Assembly (NCBI GenBank): GCA_963765675.1
Contig: CAVXXK010000001.1
Location: 288,001-352,000, forward strand
Length of the DNA: 64,000 nt
Direction: 5' to 3'
Origin: an uncultured delta proteobacterium
GTDB lineage: Bacteria; Desulfobacterota; Binatia; Binatales; Binataceae
The notes beneath the pieces are model-generated. The model was not told the origin of the DNA and did no database searches. It saw only the letters and a program-made list of their open reading frames with translations. Both the position numbers and the translations under genes were made by a program. The stretch's first letter is position 1. The number at the start of each line of letters is the position of its first letter. Below are positions 30,875-39,715 of this stretch, piece after piece.

Positions 30875-30967
30875 ATGACGACGCTCTGGCGATTCCGAAC
30901 CCGATGGACTCTCGTGGTGCTCTACCTGGTCGCCGCGATCGTCCTGTTTCATCGGGCGATGACGTAA
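30875..30967 (+). CDS. Putative 30-aa single-pass membrane peptide
   Basis: MTTLWRFRTRWTLVVLYLVAAIVLFHRAMT*; the hydrophobic stretch uses G/C-ending codons. Below the ORF track cutoff. Confidence 0.4.
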   Translation: MTTLWRFRTRWTLVVLYLVAAIVLFHRAMT

Positions 30968-31090
30968 CGGTTCGTTTCATTTAACGAGTATCAAACTGTT
31001 TTTGTTGGCGAGCACGCTTTGACAGAGGCGAGCCGTACCTTACCGATGGACGGTCGAAGCGCGGAAGCGGGCGGGCTATAACTGTCAGCG

Positions 31091-31777
31091 ATGCGGGCGT
31101 CGGCGATCATTGTCGCGGCTGGAAGCGGGTCGCGCCTGGGACGGGCGGAGCCCAAGGCGTTCGTGCCGCTGGGCGGCCATCCGATGCTTTACTATTCGCT
31201 CGCCGCGGCCGCGCGCGTCACCGGAATTGCTGAAATCATCGTTACCGTTCCGGCCGGGATGGAAGCTGGGGCGCGCGCGTGCGGAGTCGCCGCAGGCGCG
31301 GCGCATCTACCGATCAAGATAACCCCGGGCGGCGCCGAGCGGCAGGATTCGGTGCGGATCGCTCTCGCGCTGGTCAGTGCCGAAAGCGATCTCGTGATCG
31401 TGCACGACGCCGCACGTCCTCTGGCGCGTCCGGAGTTGTTCGCGGCGTGCCTTGCCGCCGCCGAGCGCGCGGGCGGCGCGATCGCGGCGATACCGGTGGC
31501 CGACACGCTTAAGCGCGTCGCCGAAGGCGCGATCACCGCGACGATCGCACGGGCCGGGCTATGGCAGGCGCAGACGCCGCAGGCATTTCGCCGCTCGATT
31601 CTGATCGCGGCGCACGAGCGTGCGGCCAGCGAAAAGACCGCCGCGACCGACGACGCCGACCTGGCCGAGCGTATCGGCGCGACGGTCGAAGTGGTCGAGA
31701 GCGCCGCGCCCAATCTCAAGATCACGACTGCGGCGGATCTCTCGATGGCAGAAGCGATTCTCGCCGCGCGCGCGTGA
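31091..31777 (+). CDS. ispD: 2-C-methyl-D-erythritol 4-phosphate cytidylyltransferase
   Basis: AAGSGSRLG..PKAF, GGAERQDSV, VHDAARP, QTPQAF, NLKITT. Confidence 0.95.
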   Translation: MRASAIIVAAGSGSRLGRAEPKAFVPLGGHPMLYYSLAAAARVTGIAEIIVTVPAGMEAGARACGVAAGAAHLPIKITPGGAERQDSVRIALALVSAESDLVIVHDAARPLARPELFAACLAAAERAGGAIAAIPVADTLKRVAEGAITATIARAGLWQAQTPQAFRRSILIAAHERAASEKTAATDDADLAERIGATVEVVESAAPNLKITTAADLSMAEAILAARA

Positions 31778-31800
31778 ATCGCACAGAGCTGGACCTCCCC

Positions 31801-32010
31801 TCAGGAGGGGTCCTTCTGCACCTTGATTCCCGCCTTTTCTAGTTGTGCGACAGCGTCGTCAAGCGCGGCTTGATCAACCTCGATCACGGCATATCTAGTG
31901 AGCAGTTTTGTGCCGGGTAGCATCTGAATTCCCGCGTCGGCGAGGATGTTCAGCGCGGTCCGGAACGAATTCGACAGATCGCCGCCGCTTGGAATGATGA
32001 TTCGTCTCAT
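31801..32010 (-). CDS. Small hypothetical protein (69 aa)
   Basis: Protein-like alpha/beta pattern; fills the intergenic gap; no family recognised. Confidence 0.55.
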   Translation of the reverse strand: MRRIIIPSGGDLSNSFRTALNILADAGIQMLPGTKLLTRYAVIEVDQAALDDAVAQLEKAGIKVQKDPS

Positions 32011-32162
32011 CGTCGTCGAGTCTATCGCGAAAGTGTGAACGACGCTCGCCGATTGGATGAATTTTCTATTTCGAAATCCCTATCGCGGATTTTATCATGA
32101 CAACTTGATGCGAAGCGGTCGATCACGCGGTAGTAACAGGTCCGGAACCTCGCTCATTCATT

Positions 32163-32225
32163 GGCGGGGCGCGCCTGCGGCGCGCCAGTCTCCCACGGAG
32201 AATCACCGGCTAAAGCCGGTGCCAC
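32163..32225. repeat. REP-like palindromes
   Basis: CACCGGCTAAAGCCGGTGCCAC (32204-32225) belongs to the GTGGCACAGGCTTCAGCCTGTG family seen at 51566 and 56122. Confidence 0.6.
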
Positions 32226-32262
32226 CTTCAGAGGCCTACCGGCTCAGGATGACGGACCAATG

Positions 32263-33789
32263 TTACCTGCGATCTCGCGAGGTGTGACGCACGCTCACAG
32301 CCAGCAGCGCGATCATCGCGGCTGCCAGCAGGAGCATCAGGTCAGCGAACCAATTGCCGTGGCGCGCGTAGAATGTCGCACCGCTCCCCGGCGGCATCGC
32401 GAACACGATCATTGCGGGATCCTTGTCGAAGGTCGATTCGTGTTGGAGTAGCAGTCCGCGCGAGTCGCTGACCGTCACCAATCCCTGGCGCGCCGAGCGT
32501 GCGACCGAGAGTCCCGACTCGATTCCGAACACAATCGCCATCCGGGCATGAATCTCGTCCGAGCCTGGCCAATCCCACGCGGGCACGAACAGGAAGCGCG
32601 CGCCGGCGTCAGCGATCTGGCGTCCCAGCGCGGGAAAATCCAGGTCCTTGCTGATCGCGACCGCGGCTTTGCCTTGCGGCAGATCGAAGATCGTCAGATC
32701 GGTTCCCGGCGCATAACCCTGCTCGAGGCCCGGACTCGGATGATGCTTGTAATAGCGCGCAACGATATCGCCCGCCGGCGAGATGACGATCGCGAGATTG
32801 CGCTTGGGTTCGGGTTCGACCTCGTTCAGTCCGGCGATTAGCCAGACGTGATTGGCAGACGCCATCTGTGTGAAGCCGGAAAGCATGTCCTGCTCGTATT
32901 TCGGCCGCACGCCGATGAGCTTCTCGGGCAGCACGATCACCTGCGCGCCCTGAGCCGCCAGCTTCTGCACCATAGGCGCGTAAAGATCGAGCACCGGAGC
33001 GGCGTCGGCTGCTTCAATCGAGTCGAATGCCCCGAGCATATGATCGGTCGCAGCCAGGCCGACGGTGATCGGCGCTCCCGCGTCCTTGCCGCTTAGCCGG
33101 ACCGCGCCGATCGCCGAAATCAGCACGAACACGACCAGCGGAACCGCCGCCATAATCTCCCACTGCATGCGCCATCGGCGCCGATACCACGCAACCGCCA
33201 ATCCCGCAGGCACCCACGCCATCAGAAAGGTAACTCCGGCAAGTCCGGTTACCGAAGCGATCTGCATTATCGGCAGAAACGACGAGACCCAATACGCCGG
33301 CACGCCCCAGCTTCCCTGCGAGGATAGCGTTGCGATTCCGTGCCATGTGGCCGTGGTCAGGATTGGATAGACCAGCGCTGCAAGCAGGCCGACCCATCGG
33401 CGGGCAGCTTGGCAGTGCAGCACCACCAGCAGCGCGAACAGCAGCGCTCCGCAGGCGTGTAGCGCAGCCAGTTTCACCAGCGGAATCGCGAAACTCTCGG
33501 CCGGCCAGAGCGCCATGTTGCCAAGGAAGTAGGCGACGAATGCGCATCGCGCGGCGAACCAATCGGACATCTCGGGTGCCGCCGCCAGAACCGGTAGCGG
33601 GGCCAGAATCGCAACCGGCCATAACCTGATCTCCGCACCGGCGACCGCGTAAAGCATCACGGTCACCGCGACTGCGATTACCGCGGTGGAATAGTTATCC
33701 CATGGGCGCAGGTTGGCGGCCGACCTGAATTCGGCCGCGCGAAAGTCCCGCTCCGATTGCGGGCGATTATCTCGGAACCCGTCTTCCAG
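32263..33789 (-). CDS. Lnt-like membrane protein with a nitrilase/C-N hydrolase domain (start uncertain: CTG 33789 or GTG 33666)
   Basis: Multiple TM helices, QIASVTGLAGVTF, LPEK, YYKHH, AISKDLDF, VPAWD. Confidence 0.8.
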   Translation of the reverse strand: MEDGFRDNRPQSERDFRAAEFRSAANLRPWDNYSTAVIAVAVTVMLYAVAGAEIRLWPVAILAPLPVLAAAPEMSDWFAARCAFVAYFLGNMALWPAESFAIPLVKLAALHACGALLFALLVVLHCQAARRWVGLLAALVYPILTTATWHGIATLSSQGSWGVPAYWVSSFLPIMQIASVTGLAGVTFLMAWVPAGLAVAWYRRRWRMQWEIMAAVPLVVFVLISAIGAVRLSGKDAGAPITVGLAATDHMLGAFDSIEAADAAPVLDLYAPMVQKLAAQGAQVIVLPEKLIGVRPKYEQDMLSGFTQMASANHVWLIAGLNEVEPEPKRNLAIVISPAGDIVARYYKHHPSPGLEQGYAPGTDLTIFDLPQGKAAVAISKDLDFPALGRQIADAGARFLFVPAWDWPGSDEIHARMAIVFGIESGLSVARSARQGLVTVSDSRGLLLQHESTFDKDPAMIVFAMPPGSGATFYARHGNWFADLMLLLAAAMIALLAVSVRHTSRDRR

Positions 33790-33851
33790 AACCCCCTCCG
33801 CTCCTAAGATTGCGCCACAAGAGGGCCGTCAGATGCGTCTCCGGCCACGCT

Positions 33852-34694
33852 TCAGGAACGCGCCGCAGGCACGGCGAGACCTTCGTTGAGCGAGCCGGAG
33901 CGAAAGCCGCGCAGATCGATCGCGACGAAACGAAATCCGATCTTCTTGAACTCGCGATCGACCATCTCACGAATCTGCGGTTCGAAAATTCGCGCGATCT
34001 CGGCCTGCTCGAGTTCCAGGCGCGCCACATCGCCGTGATAGCGAACCCGCGCAACGCGAAACCCGAGCGCGCGCAGAAGATCCTCGCCAGCAGCCACTTT
34101 GCGCAAACCCTCGGGAGTGATTTCGGTTCCGTACGGAAAGCGCGACGACAGGCACGGAGACGCCGGACGATCCCACGTCTCGAGCTCCATCGCGCGCGAT
34201 AGTTCGCGAATCTCGGCCTTGCTGAGCTCGGCCTCGACCAGCGGATGGCGCACGCGCTTTTCCGCCGCGGCTTTCATTCCCGGCCGATAGTCGTGCAAAT
34301 CGTCGAGATTGAGCCCGTCGGCAATTTCGTCGATTCCAAGCTCGGCCGCCTTGGCTTCGCACACCGTGAACAGGTTCGACTTGCACAGGTAGCATCGATC
34401 GAGAGGATTGCGCGCGTAGCCGGGAATCTCGAGCTCGTTGGATTCGACGACCAGGTGCCGCGCGCCGATCTGCGCCGCCATCTTGAGCGCGGTATCGCGA
34501 TCCTGCTCGGGCATCGTGGGCGAAGTGGTGGTGAGCGCAAGCACCCGATCTCCGATCGTGTCGTGCGCAGCCTTGAGCACGAAAGTCGAATCGACCCCGC
34601 CCGAGAACGCAACGATCACCGAGCGCATCGGCGCGAAGATCGCGCGCAGCTTCTCGAGCTTGGCGGCCAGTTCAGGTGCGAGTTGCAAATCCAC
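33852..34694 (-). CDS. larE: ATP-dependent sulfur transferase LarE family
   Basis: PP-loop AFSGGVDS, RCYLCK, DYRPG, PASPCLSSRFPYG, GFRSGSLN. Confidence 0.92.
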   Translation of the reverse strand: MDLQLAPELAAKLEKLRAIFAPMRSVIVAFSGGVDSTFVLKAAHDTIGDRVLALTTTSPTMPEQDRDTALKMAAQIGARHLVVESNELEIPGYARNPLDRCYLCKSNLFTVCEAKAAELGIDEIADGLNLDDLHDYRPGMKAAAEKRVRHPLVEAELSKAEIRELSRAMELETWDRPASPCLSSRFPYGTEITPEGLRKVAAGEDLLRALGFRVARVRYHGDVARLELEQAEIARIFEPQIREMVDREFKKIGFRFVAIDLRGFRSGSLNEGLAVPAARS

Positions 34695-34703
34695 GATTGC
34701 GCC

Positions 34704-35639
34704 TCAAATCCCCTCGGCCTGGAACAGATCGGTCGTCAGGTAGCGCTCGCCGGTGTCGCAGAAGACCACCACCACGATCTTGCCGGGGCCGAGCCGCTTT
34801 GCGATTTTTAGCGCCGCGCAGCAGTTGGCGCCCGACGAGATCCCGACCAGGATTCCCTCTTCGCGCGCGAGACGGCGCGTGTAGAGCGTCGCGTCTTCGT
34901 CGCTGACGGTGATTATCTCGTCATAGGATTTGGTGTCGAGATTTTTCGGAATGAAGCCCGCGCCGATTCCCTGGATCTTGTGAAAGCCCGGTTCTCCGCC
35001 CGACAGCACCGGAGAATTTTTCGGCTCGACCGCGACCACCAGCACCTTGTTCTGGCAATGCTCGTGCAGGTAGCGGCCCGTGCCCGTGATCGTGCCACCG
35101 GTGCCGACGCCCGAGATGAACGCGTCGATGCGCGGCATCTGCTCGACGAGCTCAGGACCGGTCGTGTGATAGTGGATATCAGGATTGGCCGGATTACTGA
35201 ACTGCTGCGGCATGAAGTAGCCGGGATTGTCCCTGGCAAGTTCTTCGGCCTTCGCGATCGCGCCGTGCATCCCGCGAGTGTCGGGAGTCAGCACCAGCTT
35301 GGCGCCGTACGCGGCCAAGAGCGAGCGGCGCTCCTCGCTCATCGTGTCGGGCATCGTGAGAATCAGCTTGTAGCCCTTGACCGCCGCGACCAGCGCCAAT
35401 CCGATACCGGTGTTGCCGGAAGTAGGCTCGACGATCGTGTCGCCGGGCTTGATGCGGCCGGATTTCTCCGCCGCTTCGATCATCGCAAGGCAGATGCGAT
35501 CCTTGACGCTGCCGCCCGGATTGTAGTTCTCGAGCTTGGCCCAGATTTCGGCTTCATCCTTGCCGGGCAGGCGATTTAGGCGGACGACCGGCGTATGGCC
35601 GATAAGATCAAGTGGCGAATGTGCGACGCTCACGGGCAT
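34704..35639 (-). CDS. cysK: Cysteine synthase A
   Basis: [46 protein letters not shown]. Confidence 0.95.
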   Translation of the reverse strand: MPVSVAHSPLDLIGHTPVVRLNRLPGKDEAEIWAKLENYNPGGSVKDRICLAMIEAAEKSGRIKPGDTIVEPTSGNTGIGLALVAAVKGYKLILTMPDTMSEERRSLLAAYGAKLVLTPDTRGMHGAIAKAEELARDNPGYFMPQQFSNPANPDIHYHTTGPELVEQMPRIDAFISGVGTGGTITGTGRYLHEHCQNKVLVVAVEPKNSPVLSGGEPGFHKIQGIGAGFIPKNLDTKSYDEIITVSDEDATLYTRRLAREEGILVGISSGANCCAALKIAKRLGPGKIVVVVFCDTGERYLTTDLFQAEGI

Positions 35640-35811
35640 GGTCGCAATTCTAGCCGTAAATCGCGTCCTCATGCGACACCGTGGGAACCGGTAAGAAAAC
35701 ACCAAGGCACCAGGCGGCCACTAAGACACAAAGGCACAAAGAAGAATTTTTGGGTGGAAGACTTTAAGAACAGTTCGGTGCCGCTGTCGCTGCGATGCTA
35801 CTTTATTGCGC

Positions 35812-36745
35812 ATGGGTGGACGCGTGTTGATCATCTTTCCCGGGGCGCTTGGCGACCTGATTTGCCTCGGGCCGGCGATTCGCGCGCTCGGGCGGATGAA
35901 TCCGGGCGCGGCGGTCGAGCTGATGGCGCGTGGGGAGTTGGCGGAGTTCGCGGCCGGACGCCTCGGCGTCGTGGCGGGGCATTCGATCGATCGGCGCGAG
36001 ATGAGCGCGATGTTTCGCGAGGACGGCGCGAGCGATCCGGTCGCGCGGAAATTCTTCGGGCAGTTCGATAAGATCTATTCGTTCTTTGCGTTTGACGATC
36101 CGGTCTATCGCCGCAACCTCAGCCTCGCATCCGGCGGCACTGTAGCGTTTCATCAGTTTCGGCCCGAACGGCGAGGGACATATCGCGGAGCTTTATTTGA
36201 AATCGATCGGAGCCGGGAACGAACCAATCGAATCGCGAATCGATCTGACGCTGGAGGATCACGAAGCCGCTGCTCAAGTGATCGGGAGACTCAACCTGAT
36301 TCCCGATGAGTTCGTGATGCTCTTTCCCGGCAGCGGCAGCGAAAAGAAAAACTGGCCGGAGAAAAACTTCGCGCGGCTGGCGCTCGAAATCGAGGACCTG
36401 ATGCGGATACGTCCGCTCACGGTGCTCGGGCCGGCGGAAGAGGATCTGGGGCCGGTGTTCCACGACTTCGGAATCCCGACGGTTTCGATGCTGTCGCTGG
36501 CGACCGTCGCGTCGCTCGCGGGCTTCGCCGCTGGCTTTGTCGGCAACGATTCTGGAGTCTCGCATTTGGCGGCGGCGGCAGGAGCGTTGGGCGTCGTGAT
36601 CTTCGGGCCGACCGATCCAGCGCGATGGCGTCCGCTCGGACGCGTTACCGTCCTGCCCTCGCCGGAACTCAAAGAGCTTCAGGTCACGACCGTCACAAAT
36701 GCACTTCAAGCCGCGTGCGCGGGTCCGCCGCGATGCTTACATTGA
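35812..36745 (+). pseudogene. Glycosyltransferase family 9 (heptosyltransferase-like), one frameshift (probably sequence error)
   Basis: GALGD in the first frame; FPGSGS.KKNWP, GPAE, VGNDSGVSHLAAA, FGPTDP.RWRP in the second; shift ~36167. Confidence 0.85.
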
Positions 36746-36880
36746 CTGTGAAAATGGCGTGGCGTAGCTTCAAGATGCGCTTTCGTGCGGATAATTCACC
36801 CATGTTTTTCCTATCTCTTCCGCGCTTGGAATCACCGGGCACCTTGATGACGTGCGTTCGCGAGTCCGCCTGAAATCCAC

Positions 36881-37744
36881 ATGAGAAGCTTTCTCAAAAC
36901 CACCTTTCTGCTCGGCGCGATGACCGGGCTGCTGATGCTGATCGGCGGACTTATCGGAGGACGCGGCGGAGTCGTCATCGCGTTCGTGTTCGCCGCTATA
37001 CTTAACTTCGCGAGTTACTGGTTCTCGGATCGGATGGTGCTCGCGGCGTACCACGCGCAACCGCTGGACGCGACCAGTGCGCCCGAGCTGTACTCGATCG
37101 TCAACGAGCTGGCGCATTCGGCGGGTATCCCGATGCCGCGCCTGTTCATGATCGATGATGACACGCCCAACGCGTTTGCGACCGGACGAAATCCGACGCA
37201 TGCGGCGGTCGCGGTCACGCGCGGAATCATGCGCATCTGCGATCGCGAGGAGCTGAAGGGAGTGATCGGGCACGAGCTCTCGCACGTGATCAACCGCGAC
37301 ATCCTGACCAGCTCGATCGCGGCGACGCTCGCCGGCGCGATCATGATGCTGGCGTACGGAGCGCGATGGGGTGCGCTGCTCGGAGGGTTCGGCGGACGCG
37401 ACGACGACGAGCGCGGCGGAATTATCGGATTGCTCGCGATAAGCATCCTCGCGCCGTTCGCGGCCACGATGATCCAGCTTGCGATCTCGCGCACGCGCGA
37501 GTACCAGGCCGACAAGAGCGGTGCCGAGCTTACGCACAATCCGCTCTTGCTCGCGAGCGCGCTGCGCAAGCTCGAGAACGCCAACGAACGGATGCCGCTC
37601 GAATCCGCGGGACCGGCGACCGCGCATCTGTTTATCGTCAACCCTCTCAGCGCTGGGGGAGTCACGCGCCTGTTTTCAACTCATCCTCCGATCGAGGAAC
37701 GGATCCGGCGGCTCGAGAACATGGCGGCCGGACGCTCCGACTAG
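36881..37744 (+). CDS. htpX: Zinc metalloprotease HtpX
   Basis: PNAFATGRNP, HELSH, SRTREYQAD, FSTHPP. Confidence 0.96.
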   Translation: MRSFLKTTFLLGAMTGLLMLIGGLIGGRGGVVIAFVFAAILNFASYWFSDRMVLAAYHAQPLDATSAPELYSIVNELAHSAGIPMPRLFMIDDDTPNAFATGRNPTHAAVAVTRGIMRICDREELKGVIGHELSHVINRDILTSSIAATLAGAIMMLAYGARWGALLGGFGGRDDDERGGIIGLLAISILAPFAATMIQLAISRTREYQADKSGAELTHNPLLLASALRKLENANERMPLESAGPATAHLFIVNPLSAGGVTRLFSTHPPIEERIRRLENMAAGRSD

Positions 37745-37754
37745 GGAGGCGGCG

Positions 37755-38195
37755 ATGCGCGACGAAGAAGAAAAAGACAAAGGCTTCAAGGTTCAGGATC
37801 GGCGCCGCTTCTCGCCCGAAGGGGAAGCCAAACCGGACGAGGAGACCGAGGCCGCTCCCGCCGCGGCCGAAACCAAGCCAAACGCAAGTCAAACCGCCGA
37901 GGCATCCGCGCGTCCGTCGGCCAGCGCGCACGCTGCCGAGCCCGAAATCAATTTCGTGACCTTCGTGGTAGGGCTGTCGACCGAGGCGCTGGCGGCGCTA
38001 GGCGAGATGCCCGATCCCGCGACCGGAAAGCATTCGCGCGATCTGCGCGCCGCGCAACAGTTGATTGATATCATCGCAATGCTCGGCGAGAAGACGCGCG
38101 GCAACCTGGACGCGAACGAACAAAGCCTGATCGAGGCGATTCTCTTCGACCTCAGGATGAAATACGTTGAACTTGCGAAGGCGCCCGTGCGTTAA
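37755..38195 (+). CDS. DUF1844 domain protein
   Basis: GGAGG RBS; FKVQDRRRF, ALAALG..PDP.TG, IDIIAML.EKTRGNL, L.DLRMKYV. Confidence 0.85.
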   Translation: MRDEEEKDKGFKVQDRRRFSPEGEAKPDEETEAAPAAAETKPNASQTAEASARPSASAHAAEPEINFVTFVVGLSTEALAALGEMPDPATGKHSRDLRAAQQLIDIIAMLGEKTRGNLDANEQSLIEAILFDLRMKYVELAKAPVR

Positions 38196-38217
38196 TCGGC
38201 GGCCTCGCTCATTACCA

Positions 38218-39681
38218 ATGCCCCACAAATCAATTCGAGCCGCGCTTTGCGCCACCGCGATAACTGCCGCCGCGATTCTTGTACTGACGGGCGCGGCCGC
38301 CGCAGCCTCCGCCTCTCCGACGCGTTTCTGGACCGACCTGCCCGACGATGCCGGCGGTCATATCGCCAAGGCGCAAACGCTTCCTGATTTCGTCGATCTC
38401 GCCGCCAAGCTCTCGCCGGCGGTCGTCAATGTCTCGACCGAAGAGTCCGACAACTCCGAAGGCGAAGGCGACGACCCGGGCAGGCATCGCGGCGAGTTCT
38501 CCGGCCCCTTCGGGCATCAGCATTCCAAGAGCCTCGCGTCGGGCTTCATCATCTCGAAGGACGGCTACATCCTGACCAACGATCATGCGGTCGATAACCC
38601 GACCAAGGTCACGGTCACGCTGCAGAACGGGCACATCTATCCGGCCAAAGTTGTCGGCAGGGACAAGAAAACCGACATCGCGCTGATCAAGATCGACGCG
38701 GGACACGATTTGCCGGTCGCGCCACTGGGAGATTCGGATCAGGTGCGCGTGGGCGAATGGGTGATGGCGATCGGCAACCCGTTTGGCTTTGACCATTCGG
38801 TGACGGCGGGAATCGTGAGCGCCAAGGGCCGCTTTATCCCGGACAATTTCGATCAGTTCCTGCAGACCGATGCGTCGATCAATCCGGGCAACTCCGGCGG
38901 CCCGCTGATCGATCTGCGCGGCGCCGTCGTGGGCGTCAACTCCGCCATCTACACGCAGACCGGCAGCAGCATGGGAATCGGCTTCGCAATTCCGATCAAC
39001 CTGGTCAAGGAAGAGCTTCCGCAACTGCGCGACAAGGGCAAAGTGACGCGCGGATGGCTGGGCGTGTACATCCAGGCTGTCACTCCCGAACTCGCGCAGT
39101 CGCTCGGACTGAAAGACGCGCAAGGCGCTCTGGTCGCGCAGGTGCTGCCGCACGGGCCTGCGCTGGCGGCCGGTGTTTTGCGCGGCGACGTAATCACGCA
39201 GTATGACGGCAAACCGGTGCTGGATTCGCGCGAGCTGCCGCTGTTGGTCTCGCGCACGCCGCTCCGCAAGACGGTCACGATCACGATCGTCCGCGACCGG
39301 CAGACGAAAGATCTCTCCGCGACGATTACTGAATCGCAGGAAGCGCAGCTCGTGGCTGCCGAGAATCCGCAAAAGACCGGGCCCGAGGGAACGCCGTCGG
39401 AATTCGGGTTGAGGGTCAAGGATCTGAATAGCGAGCTCGCGAAGGAGCTCGGCCTCGACGCGAATCACGGCGTGGTCATCGCCTCGGTCGAGCCGGGCAG
39501 CTCCGCCGATCAGGCCGGGTTGCGTGCGCGCGACGTCGTGCTGGAGGTAAATCGCGCGCCCGTCAGCAACGTCGACGCCTACCAGGCCGCGATCAAGGCG
39601 GGAGCGTCCGGCAAGGTGGTGCTGCTGCTGGTCAAGCGCGCCGAGGGAACACTTTTCTTCGCGATCAAGCCGCAGGGCTAG
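38218..39681 (+). CDS. DegP/DegQ periplasmic serine endoprotease with two PDZ domains
   Basis: LTNDH, TDIAL, INPGNSGGPL, RGWLGV. Confidence 0.93.
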   Translation: MPHKSIRAALCATAITAAAILVLTGAAAAASASPTRFWTDLPDDAGGHIAKAQTLPDFVDLAAKLSPAVVNVSTEESDNSEGEGDDPGRHRGEFSGPFGHQHSKSLASGFIISKDGYILTNDHAVDNPTKVTVTLQNGHIYPAKVVGRDKKTDIALIKIDAGHDLPVAPLGDSDQVRVGEWVMAIGNPFGFDHSVTAGIVSAKGRFIPDNFDQFLQTDASINPGNSGGPLIDLRGAVVGVNSAIYTQTGSSMGIGFAIPINLVKEELPQLRDKGKVTRGWLGVYIQAVTPELAQSLGLKDAQGALVAQVLPHGPALAAGVLRGDVITQYDGKPVLDSRELPLLVSRTPLRKTVTITIVRDRQTKDLSATITESQEAQLVAAENPQKTGPEGTPSEFGLRVKDLNSELAKELGLDANHGVVIASVEPGSSADQAGLRARDVVLEVNRAPVSNVDAYQAAIKAGASGKVVLLLVKRAEGTLFFAIKPQG

Positions 39682-39715
39682 GCGCAAGTCGAAGCAGCAT
39701 AATCCGCAGACCGCG

